This document shows positions 1 to 9,186 of a stretch of DNA of 64,000 nucleotides, one piece after another. Under the pieces are notes generated by a model. It did no database searches. It was not told the origin of the DNA and saw only the letters and a list, made by a program, of their open reading frames with translations. Numbering within the stretch: position 1 is the first letter of the stretch; every line of letters starts with the position of its first letter. Both the position numbers and the translations under genes were made by a program. The stretch is from Candidatus Desulfarcum epimagneticum (GTDB lineage: Bacteria; Desulfobacterota; Desulfobacteria; Desulfobacterales; CR-1), in NCBI GenBank assembly GCA_900659855.1, contig CAACVI010000012.1, positions 256,532 through 320,531 of the forward strand, read 5' to 3'.

Positions 1-401
1 ACCCGTTTCTGGGGGTCGGCCATGAGAATGGCCTGGCAGTCGGCGGTCTGCATCACAGGAAACACCCCGGGGACGTCGGTGATGGCGGCGTCGGCCTCAA
101 GCGGGGATTGAAGCATGGCCGCCAGGTCCGGTTTTTCCCTCTTTTTTAAAATCGCGATTCCATCCCCGTGGGTCTGTTTGAAATAAAGGGTTTTGTCCGC
201 CCCCAGCGCCCGGCGGACCCGCTCCCGGTTGGCGGCCACGCAGGCGTCGTCGTCCCCCGCGCCCAGGGTCACATTCAGGCTTTTAAAGGGTCCCCGGCTT
301 TTTCCGCCCTTTCGGGAAAACACCCCGTGGGCGATTCCCGGAAGGCTCGCCAGATGGGGAAAGCGGAAATACAAAAGCCCGTTTTTTTTCTCTGAAATCA
401 T
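1..401 (-). CDS. pgeF: PgeF/YfiH (DUF152) family protein, N-terminal part; gene runs off the left window edge
   Basis: Own minus-strand translation from ATG 401..399: MISEKKNGLLYFRFPHLASLPGIAHGVFSRKGGKSRGPFKSLNVTLGAGDDDACVAANRERV...FKQTHGDGIAILKK...LEADAAITDVPGVFPVMQTADCQAILMADP. It carries YfiH-type motifs (HG.F.R.GG.S..SLN, Q.HG, ADC). It is absent from the ORF track because there is no stop inside the window. Confidence 0.75.
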   Translation of the reverse strand, partial: MISEKKNGLLYFRFPHLASLPGIAHGVFSRKGGKSRGPFKSLNVTLGAGDDDACVAANRERVRRALGADKTLYFKQTHGDGIAILKKREKPDLAAMLQSPLEADAAITDVPGVFPVMQTADCQAILMADPQKR

Positions 402-444
402 ATGGGGGTCTCGCGTCCGGCGGATCGTTTCCATCAATTAGCCG

Positions 445-497
445 TCAATTAAAAATAACCGCTGGAGCGCCGTAGATCGGATTTTTTACAACGCCAT
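445..497. repeat. Half copy (one arm) of the ~150-bp palindromic intergenic element
   Basis: TCAATTAAAAATAACCGCTGGAGCGCCGTAGATCGGATTTTTTACAACGCCATC aligns with the right arm of the full copy at 35207..35356. Confidence 0.7.
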
Positions 498-502
498 CAA
501 AA

Positions 503-745
503 TCATGCTTTCACTTTTTCATATAACGTTTCAGGCGCGATATCCGCCCCATTGGGCCATGATATAGTTCCGCCCTCTATGACGGCCTTTTTAAAAAAAC
601 TTTTATTCTTCAAGGGGAAAAAAACCGGGCCTTTGGCAAGGTAATCAGAAAAATCCACATCCCCGGACAGCCCGTTATCGAATGTGACGTGATAAACATA
701 TCCCCCTCTATAATTTATTTTTGTCACATCATTCATATTCCACAT
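503..745 (-). CDS. DUF2442 family protein (putative TA-like pair with the upstream DUF4160 gene)
   Basis: 80-aa ORF. The sequence ...[28 protein letters not shown]....[23 protein letters not shown] is typical of DUF2442. It lies 10 bp downstream of the DUF4160 gene. Confidence 0.8.
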   Translation of the reverse strand: MWNMNDVTKINYRGGYVYHVTFDNGLSGDVDFSDYLAKGPVFFPLKNKSFFKKAVIEGGTISWPNGADIAPETLYEKVKA

Positions 746-755
746 GGTTTTCTCC

Positions 756-1016
756 TCATTTTAACGGATCAATTTTTTTAAGCGCCCGGCTTTCTCTGGC
801 CAATTTCCAATTATCTTCAAGCTCATAAACGTGAAGGTCGATCCATTCCCGAACGAGCTTGGTCGCCGTCCTTGATGACAGATCCCCATTGACAATGTTG
901 CCCTGAAAATCAAACATCGCTTTTTTCCCGGAATATTCAGCATGAAAATGCGGGGGGCTATGCTCATCGTGAAACATTCTTATAATTATTCCGAAAAACC
1001 TTGATATTTCAGGCAT
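756..1016 (-). CDS. DUF4160 family protein
   Basis: 86-aa ORF. The N-terminus [28 protein letters not shown] is the DUF4160 signature. Confidence 0.8.
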   Translation of the reverse strand: MPEISRFFGIIIRMFHDEHSPPHFHAEYSGKKAMFDFQGNIVNGDLSSRTATKLVREWIDLHVYELEDNWKLARESRALKKIDPLK

Positions 1017-1141
1017 ATAAAATCCTTTATAAAAAATCCAAATTTGTCTCCGCCATCCAGCGGCGTCAGGATGAGTGATGGTTTGAGTCTCAATCTACCA
1101 CGCCAACCGCCGTTTTTCAATATGAAAAGAAAAACCCCCGG

Positions 1142-2983
1142 TCATCCCAGACCGTAAAGCATGGGAAGCAGAAAGGACAAAGACAGCCACATGATCAGCG
1201 CCAGCGGGGTCCCGATCCTGATAAAATCGCTGAAGGCGTAATGTCCGGCGTTCATGACCAGAAGGTTGGTTTTGTAGGCCATGGGCGTGACATAGCTCAT
1301 ATTGGCCCCGAACAGAACCGCCAGGATGAACGGCTCCGGGGGCTGTCCCATCTGGGCCGCGATGGACACGGCGACGGGGGCGCCGATGAGCCCGGCCGCG
1401 TTGTTGGACACGATGTTGGTGAGAATTGCGATCAAAAGCATCAGGGCGCTGATGGCCACAGCCGGAGAGGCGGCCCCGGCCCCGGCCACAAATAGTTCCG
1501 CCAGGTAATCCGATCCCCCGGTTTTCAGAAGGGCCGAGCCCAGGGCCAGGCTGGCGGCCACCAGCAGAATCACCTTGGCGTTCAGGGCGTCGGTGGCGTC
1601 TTTCCACTTCAGGCATCCGGCCAGGACCATCAAAAGGGCGCCCAAAGACGCGCTGATGGCGATGGGCAAAACGCCCAGGGCCGACGCCGCCACAATCCCC
1701 ATCATGATCAAAAGAGACACGGGCGCTTTTTTGGAGATGGGCAAATCCACGGTGGCGTCCAGGGCCAGAAAACCCGTCTCCTTTTTGATGTCGGCGATCT
1801 GGTCGCGGGGGCCCTGGACCAGGAGAATGTCCCCGGGCCTGATTCGAATATCCCCGATTTCGCTGTAGAGGGTTTCCGGACGGACGCCGGCCCGGCTGAT
1901 GGCCAGGATGATCAGGCGGTGGCGCTCCCCGAATCGCGTCTCGGCCAGGGTCCTTCCCGCCAGACGCGATCCCTCAATGACCACCAGCTCCGCGATCTGC
2001 TGGTCTTTGGCGCTCAAAGGATGCTCGTCGTCCACCAGGCGCTCCACCCCGTCGTCCTGGTACAAAGAGCCCTCCAGGGTTTTTTCAAACTCCTTCAGCC
2101 GGTCAGGGGTGTCGCGGATAATCAAATGATCCCCGGCTTTCAGCTTTAATCCGGGCAGGGGCATGATAAAGTTGTCCGGGCCCCTTTCCACGTTTAAGAC
2201 CTTCATTTCACCATGGACTTTTTCAATGGCGTGGGCCAGGGTTTTTCCCGCCACTGAGCTGTTTTCCGAAATCGCCAGATGGGCGGAGAATATCCGGGGA
2301 GATGAGTCCGCCAGCGGCATGTCGCGCTCCGGCATGATCCGGGGAGCCACAAGCCAGAGATAAAGAATCCCCACGCTTCCGGCCAAAGCCGCCGGGACCA
2401 GGAAATAAAACATGCCCATCGGCTCCAGGCCCATCTCGGCGGCCACCGACGCCACCAGGAGGTTGGTGGAGGTGCCGATGGTGGTGCAGGTCCCCCCCAC
2501 AAGCGTGGCGAACCCCATGGGCATGAGAACCGAAGACGCCCTCACTCCGGTTTTGACGGAAACGGCGATCAGTATGGGAAGAAACAGAATCACCACAGGA
2601 ACGTTGTTGACAAAGGCGCTGATAAAGCCGCCGATGAGAAGGGTCAAAAGCAGCGACAGGGAGGGGCTCACCTTCCACAGCCGGGCCAGCGCCTTTCCCA
2701 CTGGCTCCAGCGCCCCGGTCCGGGAGATTCCCTGACCGGCGATCATCAGGGCGCACACGGCCACCAGCGCCTCGTGGCCGAAGCCATGAAAAAAATCCAC
2801 GGCGCGAAGAGTCGCCCCGCCGGACTGGAAGGGAAATATCTCAAATCCCACCGCCAGGGAGATGAGAACCAGCAGGCTGGATGTTTCCAGAGGAATTTTT
2901 TCATTGGCGAAAAGAACCAGCGCCGCGGCGGTCAAAAGCATGACGGCCAGCGCGTGGGGATTGGGGGGAGGATGAAACGCCAT
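1142..2983 (-). CDS. DASS/SLC13-type anion permease with two central TrkA-C domains
   Basis: Part of the 648-aa ORF 1142..3088. It is polytopic and hydrophobic at both ends, with two TrkA-C-like segments (VAGKTLAHAIEK...KAGDHLIIRD and LAGRTLAETRFGERHRLIILAISR...RPGDILLVQG). The likely start is the internal ATG at 2983 (MAFHPPPNPHALAVMLL...); the upstream extension is Arg-rich and implausible. Confidence 0.8.
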   Translation of the reverse strand: MAFHPPPNPHALAVMLLTAAALVLFANEKIPLETSSLLVLISLAVGFEIFPFQSGGATLRAVDFFHGFGHEALVAVCALMIAGQGISRTGALEPVGKALARLWKVSPSLSLLLTLLIGGFISAFVNNVPVVILFLPILIAVSVKTGVRASSVLMPMGFATLVGGTCTTIGTSTNLLVASVAAEMGLEPMGMFYFLVPAALAGSVGILYLWLVAPRIMPERDMPLADSSPRIFSAHLAISENSSVAGKTLAHAIEKVHGEMKVLNVERGPDNFIMPLPGLKLKAGDHLIIRDTPDRLKEFEKTLEGSLYQDDGVERLVDDEHPLSAKDQQIAELVVIEGSRLAGRTLAETRFGERHRLIILAISRAGVRPETLYSEIGDIRIRPGDILLVQGPRDQIADIKKETGFLALDATVDLPISKKAPVSLLIMMGIVAASALGVLPIAISASLGALLMVLAGCLKWKDATDALNAKVILLVAASLALGSALLKTGGSDYLAELFVAGAGAASPAVAISALMLLIAILTNIVSNNAAGLIGAPVAVSIAAQMGQPPEPFILAVLFGANMSYVTPMAYKTNLLVMNAGHYAFSDFIRIGTPLALIMWLSLSFLLPMLYGLG

Positions 2984-3149
2984 GTGTCCGAACTCTCCAT
3001 TTTCGGTTGAAAAGCCCCGGCCGCGCAGCCGGTCCGGGAGTGCTTCAGCTCTTCTTTTTTTTATAGGCCAAATATCCGCCTCCCGCAACCCTTTATTTCA
3101 GGGCTCGCCGGCCCCGGTTTTTTCTTGATCCGGATCCCGGGGGTCTGGT

Positions 3150-4130
3150 ATGGTGGAGAATTCAAAAACAAATTTGACGACATGGATTAAAAAGAAAACA
3201 ATCATGACCCTCCCAAAAACCGCCACCATTCAACAAATCGCCCGGGACCTGTGGCTCATATCCCCGGATCTCGGCCGGGCCGGGTTTTCGTCTTTCATCA
3301 GCGCCTGGCTTTTGAAAAAAAAACAAAAAACCTTTCTCATCGACGTCGGGCCGGCCTCCGGGATTCCCCAATTGGCGGCGGCCCTTTCGGATCTGGGCGT
3401 CAAACGCCCGGACGCGATTTTTCTGACCCATATTCACCTGGATCACGCCGGCGGCGCCGGTCATTTCGCCGCGCTTTTTCCGGGCGCCCCCATCTTCTGC
3501 CACCCATCGGCCATCCGCCATCTCGCCGACCCGGCCTCCCTGTGGGAGGGAAGCGTCAAAGCCCTTGGCGAGGTCGCCGAAATGTACGGCCCTGTGAGGC
3601 CCGTGCCGGAAAACCGGCTTTTTAACGCCCTGTCATTTGGGGAAAAGGAGATATCGGTTCTTGAAACCCCGGGGCACGCGCCGCACCACGTGTCGCTTCT
3701 GGCCGGCTCCCGGCTTTTCGCCGGGGAGTCCGGGGGCGTTTTCATAGATTTGGGGGACGACTACTGGCTCAGACCTGGAACCCCGCCCCGTTTTTTTCTT
3801 GAAAAAGCCCTTAAAAGCATCGAAACGCTTCAATCCGTTCCCCACGATCTGGCCCTTTACTGTCATTTCGGATGGACCCGGCGCCTGCCCCGTCTTTTGG
3901 AGCGTCACAAAAGCCAGCTTCTCCTGTGGGCCGACGTCATCGGGGAAGAGATGGACGCCGCGAACGGCCCCGGCCTGGTCTCCCGCTGTTTCGAGCGGCT
4001 TTTGAAAGAAGACCCTTGTCTGTCTGCCTGGGACAGATTGGAGCCGGGGACCCGCGAAAGGGAGCGGTTTTTTATGGAAAACAGCGTGAGGGGATTTGTG
4101 GGGTTTCACAGGGCCGGAAAGGGGGAATAG
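3150..4130 (+). CDS. MBL-fold metallo-hydrolase
   Basis: 326-aa ORF with THIHLDHAGGAGH (HxHxDH) and a later TPGHAPHH motif. The start may be the internal Met at 3204 (MTLPKTATIQQ). Confidence 0.8.
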   Translation: MVENSKTNLTTWIKKKTIMTLPKTATIQQIARDLWLISPDLGRAGFSSFISAWLLKKKQKTFLIDVGPASGIPQLAAALSDLGVKRPDAIFLTHIHLDHAGGAGHFAALFPGAPIFCHPSAIRHLADPASLWEGSVKALGEVAEMYGPVRPVPENRLFNALSFGEKEISVLETPGHAPHHVSLLAGSRLFAGESGGVFIDLGDDYWLRPGTPPRFFLEKALKSIETLQSVPHDLALYCHFGWTRRLPRLLERHKSQLLLWADVIGEEMDAANGPGLVSRCFERLLKEDPCLSAWDRLEPGTRERERFFMENSVRGFVGFHRAGKGE

Positions 4131-4156
4131 ATAAGGTGAAGACAGGACGGACGAAC

Positions 4157-4576
4157 ATGCGGATGATTCACCCGTTGATTTTGATCTTCGCCGCGCTTTT
4201 GACGCTGACCGGCTGCGCGGGCAATCAGAAAGAGATTGACGCGCTGGCGGATGAGATTTATCAAAGCCATCGTCTTAAGCCGCCCCTGCCGCCCAAACCC
4301 TTTGTGTCGGACGGCTGCTCCCTCTGGCCGGACTCCGGCTGGCTGGAATGCTGCGTCGAGCATGATCTGGTTTACTGGAAAGGCGGGGCCGGACAGGACA
4401 GGCTGGAGGCTGACCGCATGCTCAAAACATGCGTCTCAAAGAAAGCCGGCCCTTTCTGGGGGACCGTCATGTATCACGGCGCAAGAGTGGGCGGGGCATG
4501 GTGGCTGCCCACTCCATTCAGGTGGGGGTTCGGATGGGAATATCCCCGGTCCGGCCCGCCGGGCTCGCGTGATTAG
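4157..4576 (+). CDS. Lipoprotein with phospholipase-A2-like CC-x2-HD motif
   Basis: In-frame Met inside ORF 3872..4576: MRMIHPLILIFAALLTLTGC (lipobox LTGC). It is followed by DGCSLWPD...CCVEHDLVYWKGG...RLEADRML. The upstream part of the track ORF overlaps the MBL gene and is rejected. Confidence 0.55.
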   Translation: MRMIHPLILIFAALLTLTGCAGNQKEIDALADEIYQSHRLKPPLPPKPFVSDGCSLWPDSGWLECCVEHDLVYWKGGAGQDRLEADRMLKTCVSKKAGPFWGTVMYHGARVGGAWWLPTPFRWGFGWEYPRSGPPGSRD

Positions 4577-4747
4577 CCCGCGTGATCAGAAGGACCCGGG
4601 TTTTTAACCCCGATCATTCCCGGGAAAAAACACGGAAATCAAGCCGCCCCCAACCCGATTTTAACAAAAAAATGACCCTGATCGGACAGAAAGCTGACAG
4701 GCATAACATAAAATCATAGGCGTCCCCATTATATCCCCGCGCCTGTT

Positions 4748-5230
4748 TTACAACTCTCTCGCCTCCCGGGGGCTGAACAGGTCGTTGTCCCCATCCTTGT
4801 AAATCTCCCTCTCGTGGCTGATGAGAATATCGGCCAGCGCCCCATAGGCCTCCTTCCATGCCCCAAGGACCTCGGGAGTCGCGGCGTCCCCCAGCACATC
4901 CTTCATCGCGGCAAGCAGACACTCCCCAATCGCCGGATACATTTCAGGAATAATCCTGGCTTCCACGTGGACATGGGCGATGTGATCCAGCGGGCGGGCC
5001 AGTTTTTCAAGATCATCAATGTGTGACGCATAGGCATACACCGCGCCGGCCAGCCTTTGGGCCTGTTTGCGCCCCTCCCCGGGATTTTTCATCCAGGTGT
5101 TCACGAAAAAACGTCTGAGGTCCGGGCGAGCCTGAAACGCGATTTCGTACATCCGTTGGGTGATTTTTTGACCATGCTCCTTGACAAATGGCGCGGTGGC
5201 TTTCACGGTCTCAATGGCGGTGGGTGTCAT
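4748..5230 (-). CDS. Single-domain globin (flavohaemoglobin N-domain-like)
   Basis: 160-aa ORF. TVKATAPFVKEHGQKITQRMYEIAFQARPDLRRFF...AYASHIDDLEKL...HVEARIIPEMYPAIGECLLAAMKDVLGDAATPEVLGAWKEAY parallels Hmp/Vgb globin helices. Confidence 0.8.
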   Translation of the reverse strand: MTPTAIETVKATAPFVKEHGQKITQRMYEIAFQARPDLRRFFVNTWMKNPGEGRKQAQRLAGAVYAYASHIDDLEKLARPLDHIAHVHVEARIIPEMYPAIGECLLAAMKDVLGDAATPEVLGAWKEAYGALADILISHEREIYKDGDNDLFSPREAREL

Positions 5231-5251
5231 GGCGTCTCCTTTCGTTTGAAG

Positions 5252-5485
5252 TTATTTTAATGACTCCAAGGCGTTAATAAGTTCCCTTGGCTCGAAAACA
5301 GGCAACTGCGATTTTTTAAAATCAGCCGCGCTTCTTGTCACAATATACCCGGCCCCCGCATGAACAGCCGCCTCATGCGGCGCCGCGTCCTCAAAATCCT
5401 TGAATTCCGAGTTTACCGCGCGTAAGAATTTGAAAAATTCATTTTTCTTTAATTCCGGGGAAAAAATATGAAATCCCCCCGTCAT
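5252..5485 (-). pseudogene. PIN-domain (VapC-like) C-terminal remnant
   Basis: 77-aa ORF ending ...DFEDAAPHEAAVHAGAGYIVTRSAADFKKSQLPVFEPRELI, which is a typical PIN C-terminus. No PIN N-terminal acidic motif is present, and its 5' end overlaps the 3' end of the MBL gene. Confidence 0.5.
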
Positions 5486-6392
5486 TCAAAAGATCAAGAT
5501 GATGCCCCAGCATGATGTCGTCCCACATATATAAAAAAGAGCGCATGGGCTCTTTCACATTTGATTTGTTTTTAAAAAATATTCCCTTTTCCACAATGTC
5601 ATCCCGGCCCGCTCCCCGCTCAAGCATGTCATCAATCATCCGTTCACGCTCCATGATTTGGCCAAGCGCCCAATCCCAGCTTTCTTGAATCTTTGAGGCG
5701 CGTATTCCGCCATGACTGGTGAGCAGGATTTTCACGTCCATTTCTTTGAGCCTGAAAATGGATTCCATGAGATCTTTCAAGTCGCAGTCTTCCCAGCCAT
5801 ACCAGGGCCCGAAAGGGTCGATTCCCATGTCGCCGGTGAACAGGGTTTTTTCATCCGGAAAATAAAAAGACATATGCGAGGGCGAATGCCCGGAGGTCTT
5901 GACGGCCCTCATCTTGACTTCGGCTCCGAAAGATTCGCCGTGATCGTATGTGGAAAAATCCGTCACTTCCCGGTAAGCGGTTTCATTCACGGAAAATGCC
6001 TCCCACTTCTCATCAAGACCGCGCGCGCCCGCCGTGCGCTCCACAAAATAGGGAAGACTGGAGAGATATTTCTCCTCGCCTTTCGGAATCAGAAGCTCCG
6101 CCTGTGAATGCTCCAGAACACGGGAGCCCCATGTTCCATGGTCCAGATGATAATGGGACACGATCGCCATATCCGGCCGCTCCTGCTTGAGCAGGTCCGC
6201 CGTCTCATCCAGCCCCATATTGGCGTCTATCAGTATTTTTTTGCCCGGCGTTGACACAATCAAGCCCGAACACGCCCGGAAAGCGCTCATGGACGCGGGC
6301 TCTATATAAACAATTTGATCCGTCAAAGCGGTTCTTTTCATTTTTTCTCTCACAATCCTTGATAAACTCGTAAAAAATAGATCAGACGCCAT
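5439..6392 (-). CDS. MBL-fold metallo-hydrolase
   Basis: 317-aa ORF with SHYHLDHGTWG and a later SGHSPSH. The first 11 codons (MASDLFFTSLS) are encoded by a repeat-element remnant, so the true start is probably Met18 (ATG at 6341, MKRTALTDQ). Confidence 0.8.
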   Translation of the reverse strand: MASDLFFTSLSRIVREKMKRTALTDQIVYIEPASMSAFRACSGLIVSTPGKKILIDANMGLDETADLLKQERPDMAIVSHYHLDHGTWGSRVLEHSQAELLIPKGEEKYLSSLPYFVERTAGARGLDEKWEAFSVNETAYREVTDFSTYDHGESFGAEVKMRAVKTSGHSPSHMSFYFPDEKTLFTGDMGIDPFGPWYGWEDCDLKDLMESIFRLKEMDVKILLTSHGGIRASKIQESWDWALGQIMERERMIDDMLERGAGRDDIVEKGIFFKNKSNVKEPMRSFLYMWDDIMLGHHLDLLNDGGISYFFPGIKEK

Positions 6393-6393
6393 C
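6361..6393. repeat. Collapsed remnant of the palindromic element (both termini, core deleted)
   Basis: GATAAACTCGTAAAAAATAGATCAGACGCCATC is the End1 TIR followed directly by the End2 terminus. Confidence 0.55.
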
Positions 6394-6479
6394 TTAATTT
6401 AAACGACCTGAAAAAACAACTGTTTTCAGAAATGTCCAGAGGAGGTTAAAGGCGGGGTTGGTATTTGAACAATTGAACA

Positions 6480-6518
6480 AATAATACGTTTGACATATTA
6501 CGCTTTACGTATTATTTG
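6480..6518 (+). promoter_or_regulatory. Putative higBA promoter with flanking perfect 10-bp inverted repeat (operator candidate)
   Basis: AATAATACGT (6480..6489) and ACGTATTATT (6507..6516) are exact reverse complements. They bracket TTGACA (6490..6495), and TATTTG follows at 17-bp spacing (6513..6518). The higB ATG is at 6524. Confidence 0.5.
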
Positions 6519-6523
6519 TTTGT

Positions 6524-6802
6524 ATGATCCAGTCATTTGCCTGCGCGGACACCGAAAAATTATTCAACGACCAATGGGTCCGCCGTTTTCAATCATTTGA
6601 GAGGCAGGCAAGAAGAAAACTGATGGCCCTTCATGCCGCTCCCAGCCTTGAAGACCTGGCGCTCAATCCGGGAAACAAGCTTCACGCTTTAAAGGGAAAC
6701 CGCAAGGGACAATACGCCATTCGTGTCAATAAACAATGGCGCGTGTGTTTTCGGTGGCGTGACGGGAATGCGTATCGCGTTGAAATTTTAGACTATCATT
6801 GA
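6524..6802 (+). CDS. higB: HigB-type toxin (RelE/ParE superfamily, plasmid-maintenance killer protein)
   Basis: 92-aa ORF: MIQSF.....EKLF........F....RRKL..L.AA..L.DL...PGN.LH.LKGNRKGQYAIRVN.QWRVCFRW.DGNAY.VEI.DYH. Confidence 0.85.
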   Translation: MIQSFACADTEKLFNDQWVRRFQSFERQARRKLMALHAAPSLEDLALNPGNKLHALKGNRKGQYAIRVNKQWRVCFRWRDGNAYRVEILDYH

Positions 6803-6805
6803 GGA

Positions 6806-7159
6806 ATGACCATGACTGAAAAAGCGTTTCTGGATCCGATAAAGCCGGGCGAAATCTTGCGTGAAGATTTCATGGGACCGCTTGATATCACAATCAACCA
6901 ACTCGCCCGCGATCTTTCCGTGCCGCCGAACCGAATCAGCGAGATCGTCAACGGAAAGAGATCGATCAGCGCCGACACCGCGTTGAGACTGGAGCGCTAC
7001 TTTGGCGTTGACGCCCAGTTTTGGTTGAATCTGCAAAGCGAGTATAATCTGCGCATGATGAAACGAAAAATCTGGACCGACATTGAGCGACGGATTATTC
7101 CGCTCCCCCACCGGGAGACCCTTTCCGGGAGTGGCCAGGAGGTTCTCCGGAGCCGTTGA
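6806..7159 (+). CDS. higA: HigA-type antitoxin (XRE HTH)
   Basis: 117-aa ORF. PGEILREDFMGPLDITINQLARDLSVPPNRISEIVNGKRSISADTALRLERYFGVDAQFWLNLQSEYNL is the canonical HigA sequence. It starts 4 bp after higB. Confidence 0.85.
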   Translation: MTMTEKAFLDPIKPGEILREDFMGPLDITINQLARDLSVPPNRISEIVNGKRSISADTALRLERYFGVDAQFWLNLQSEYNLRMMKRKIWTDIERRIIPLPHRETLSGSGQEVLRSR

Positions 7160-7356
7160 CCCCGGGGCGCCGCCTTTAACCTTTCCCCATCGACCCATCT
7201 CGCGCCGACAGGGCCTGGTGGGCCCATGTGGGAGATTCCCGGCTCTACCTGACAAGAAACGGAATAACGGGGCAGATCACATGTGACCAGAGCATGGCAT
7301 GGTTCCTGGTGGAAAAGGGAGAAACAACCGAATTGGCCTGTCTCTTTTTATCATTT

Positions 7357-7830
7357 TTAAAAAAAACCGGCGATCAAAAAAAACGGAACAGCCAGACATC
7401 CCGCGCCATAGAGCCAGATCAGAACCCCCGGCATCTGCTTTTCAATATTTGAAAAACTTTTTTTCCCATTGTCCCAGTTTGTCTCATAGATTTCTTTCCA
7501 TTCACGGGAGCAAATTTTGTGGCTCCACTCCATGTCCCGGCGGGCCTCAATGGTCCGCAACTGCCTGTATTTCCAATCAATGAGATGAGCGTATTTCTGT
7601 ATAATGGTCCGCCATGCCAGGCAAATCAGAATGCCGAGTATGCAGATGAAAAAAACGCCGGCAAAGGCGATCCAGCCTTTGCCCTGCAAATCTTTGGCAA
7701 TGAACAGAATCACCGAGAAAACAGCCACATTGATGGATGTGTAAATCTGGGAGGCATGCTGTCGCCTTTCGGTCAAAAATTGAACGGACTCCGTGATGAG
7801 ACGGTATTCCTCAAATGATCTGTTTCCCAT
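7357..7830 (-). CDS. Hypothetical 3-TM membrane protein
   Basis: 157-aa ORF in AT-rich DNA. It has two adjacent TM helices (INVAVFSVILFIA / IAFAGVFFICILGILICLAW), a charged helical segment, and a C-terminal TM. I recognise no family; the topology is loosely SLATT-like. Confidence 0.5.
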   Translation of the reverse strand: MGNRSFEEYRLITESVQFLTERRQHASQIYTSINVAVFSVILFIAKDLQGKGWIAFAGVFFICILGILICLAWRTIIQKYAHLIDWKYRQLRTIEARRDMEWSHKICSREWKEIYETNWDNGKKSFSNIEKQMPGVLIWLYGAGCLAVPFFLIAGFF

Positions 7831-8023
7831 GGATGTGAACGGTCCTTTTTTGTCATGTCAAGATGAATCCTCATCCGTTCTTACAGACTCAATGTTTTTT
7901 ATCTTCCCGCCAGCCGGTCGATCGTCGCTTCAACGTCATATGCGGCAATGCTCAAAAGTTTGTAGATTATTTTATGAATGGCTTTATTGAATTGACGCGA
8001 CAAATATTCGATTCCATATTTTT

Positions 8024-8380
8024 TTAGAGTGTTAAGTATTTGTATAATTGCCTGCATGAAGCGTCAATTTCATTTTGCCGGCTCTCATTGTCATGATAAA
8101 TTAATGGAGCTTCGTATTGAATGTCATATCCCATCAACAGCTCTTTACCAAATTTCAAAACATCGCCCGAAGGGAAAGAGTTATTATATAGATCGTTAAT
8201 GATATATCCACCAAGAGCGTGACATGAAGACGCATGCTTTTTTATTGTCCGCTTTGACAACTTTTTTTCATTTTCCAAATAAAAAAGAAATCTGTCAAAT
8301 ATTTCGACCAGACTTTTTGAAGTTTGATAGCAATCATCATCGACTTCCCAATCTTTAATCCATTCTTGTTTATTGATCAT
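8024..8380 (-). CDS. Hypothetical protein (AT-rich orphan)
   Basis: 118-aa ORF immediately downstream of the XRE regulator. The LSKRTIKKH segment faintly recalls integrase N-terminal SAM-like domains. No confident assignment. Confidence 0.4.
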   Translation of the reverse strand: MINKQEWIKDWEVDDDCYQTSKSLVEIFDRFLFYLENEKKLSKRTIKKHASSCHALGGYIINDLYNNSFPSGDVLKFGKELLMGYDIQYEAPLIYHDNESRQNEIDASCRQLYKYLTL

Positions 8381-8470
8381 GATTCCGATTCAGCCATTTG
8401 TTAAAATATTACCGGAGGCTCCTGAATCTACCCTCATCCGCTGAAGCTCCATAAGGCTTCTTTCTCTGTC

Positions 8471-8839
8471 TTAGAAGTCATCGCGCGCCGCTTTGGATTT
8501 TTTGCGAACAGACTTTGGCAGAAGCGCCAGCTTTTCCCTGGTTTGACGCAGGTATCTCGTCATCGCGCTTTCATCGGCGTCAAACAGTTTCACGCCGACA
8601 ATGGCCGCCGCTTCGAACACGGCCCCGATTTCACATTTGAGGTTGCCTTTTTCAATGCGTTGCAGCAACCCTCTGGAAATACCCGCGCGATCGGCCAATT
8701 CCTGCGCTGAAAGCCTGCGCTCATGACGCGCTTCGCGGATCAACGCGCCGAGCAGGGCGGCCGCGTCGCGGCTATAGCGCGAGTAGGCGCGTGTGATGGA
8801 CTTTGGCATCATTTTTCCTTTGGTTCGCATATAGACCAT
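8471..8839 (-). CDS. XRE-family HTH regulator (HipB-like antitoxin type)
   Basis: 122-aa ORF. LLGALIREARHERRLSAQELADRAGISRGLLQRIEKGNLKCEIGAVFEAAAIVGVKLF is a Cro/C1 HTH. An 11-bp perfect hairpin lies upstream at 8915..8949. Confidence 0.8.
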   Translation of the reverse strand: MVYMRTKGKMMPKSITRAYSRYSRDAAALLGALIREARHERRLSAQELADRAGISRGLLQRIEKGNLKCEIGAVFEAAAIVGVKLFDADESAMTRYLRQTREKLALLPKSVRKKSKAARDDF

Positions 8840-9186
8840 AAAATATCCCGGCGCTCTTTCTGTGAATCACACGATATTGCATTTTTATCAGACAGTCAAG
8901 ACTAATTTGATCCGCATATAGCCCATAAGCCTTTCCTGTGGGCTATATGGAGACCACCGGCTTGTGTTTTTTAGCATTCGGAATCCAAAGCGTTTGTCCG
9001 GCCTCTTTTTCTTTTATAGTCAGCCAGTCCCGCAATGTGTCCAAAACGCCGCGCTTTTGCGATATGTCTTTTATCATTTGTTATAAAAACGGCATGATTC
9101 ATCATAGCCAAGGTATGTGTGTTTCAGACTTGACTCCGCTTTTCATGCGGCCATAGATCCACTGCGGAATCATGCCGACAGGGGCG

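Noticed and set aside
3872-4156. Upstream extension of ORF 3872..4576, overlapping the 3' end of the MBL gene.
   Set aside because: The extension is Arg/Pro-rich. The lipoprotein signal peptide starts at the internal ATG 4157.
8938-9156. 72-aa plus-strand ORF between the XRE gene and the NicO-like gene.
   Set aside because: It has a Cys/Phe/Ser-rich, non-protein-like sequence. The opposite strand holds a more plausible 54-aa PIN-like fragment.
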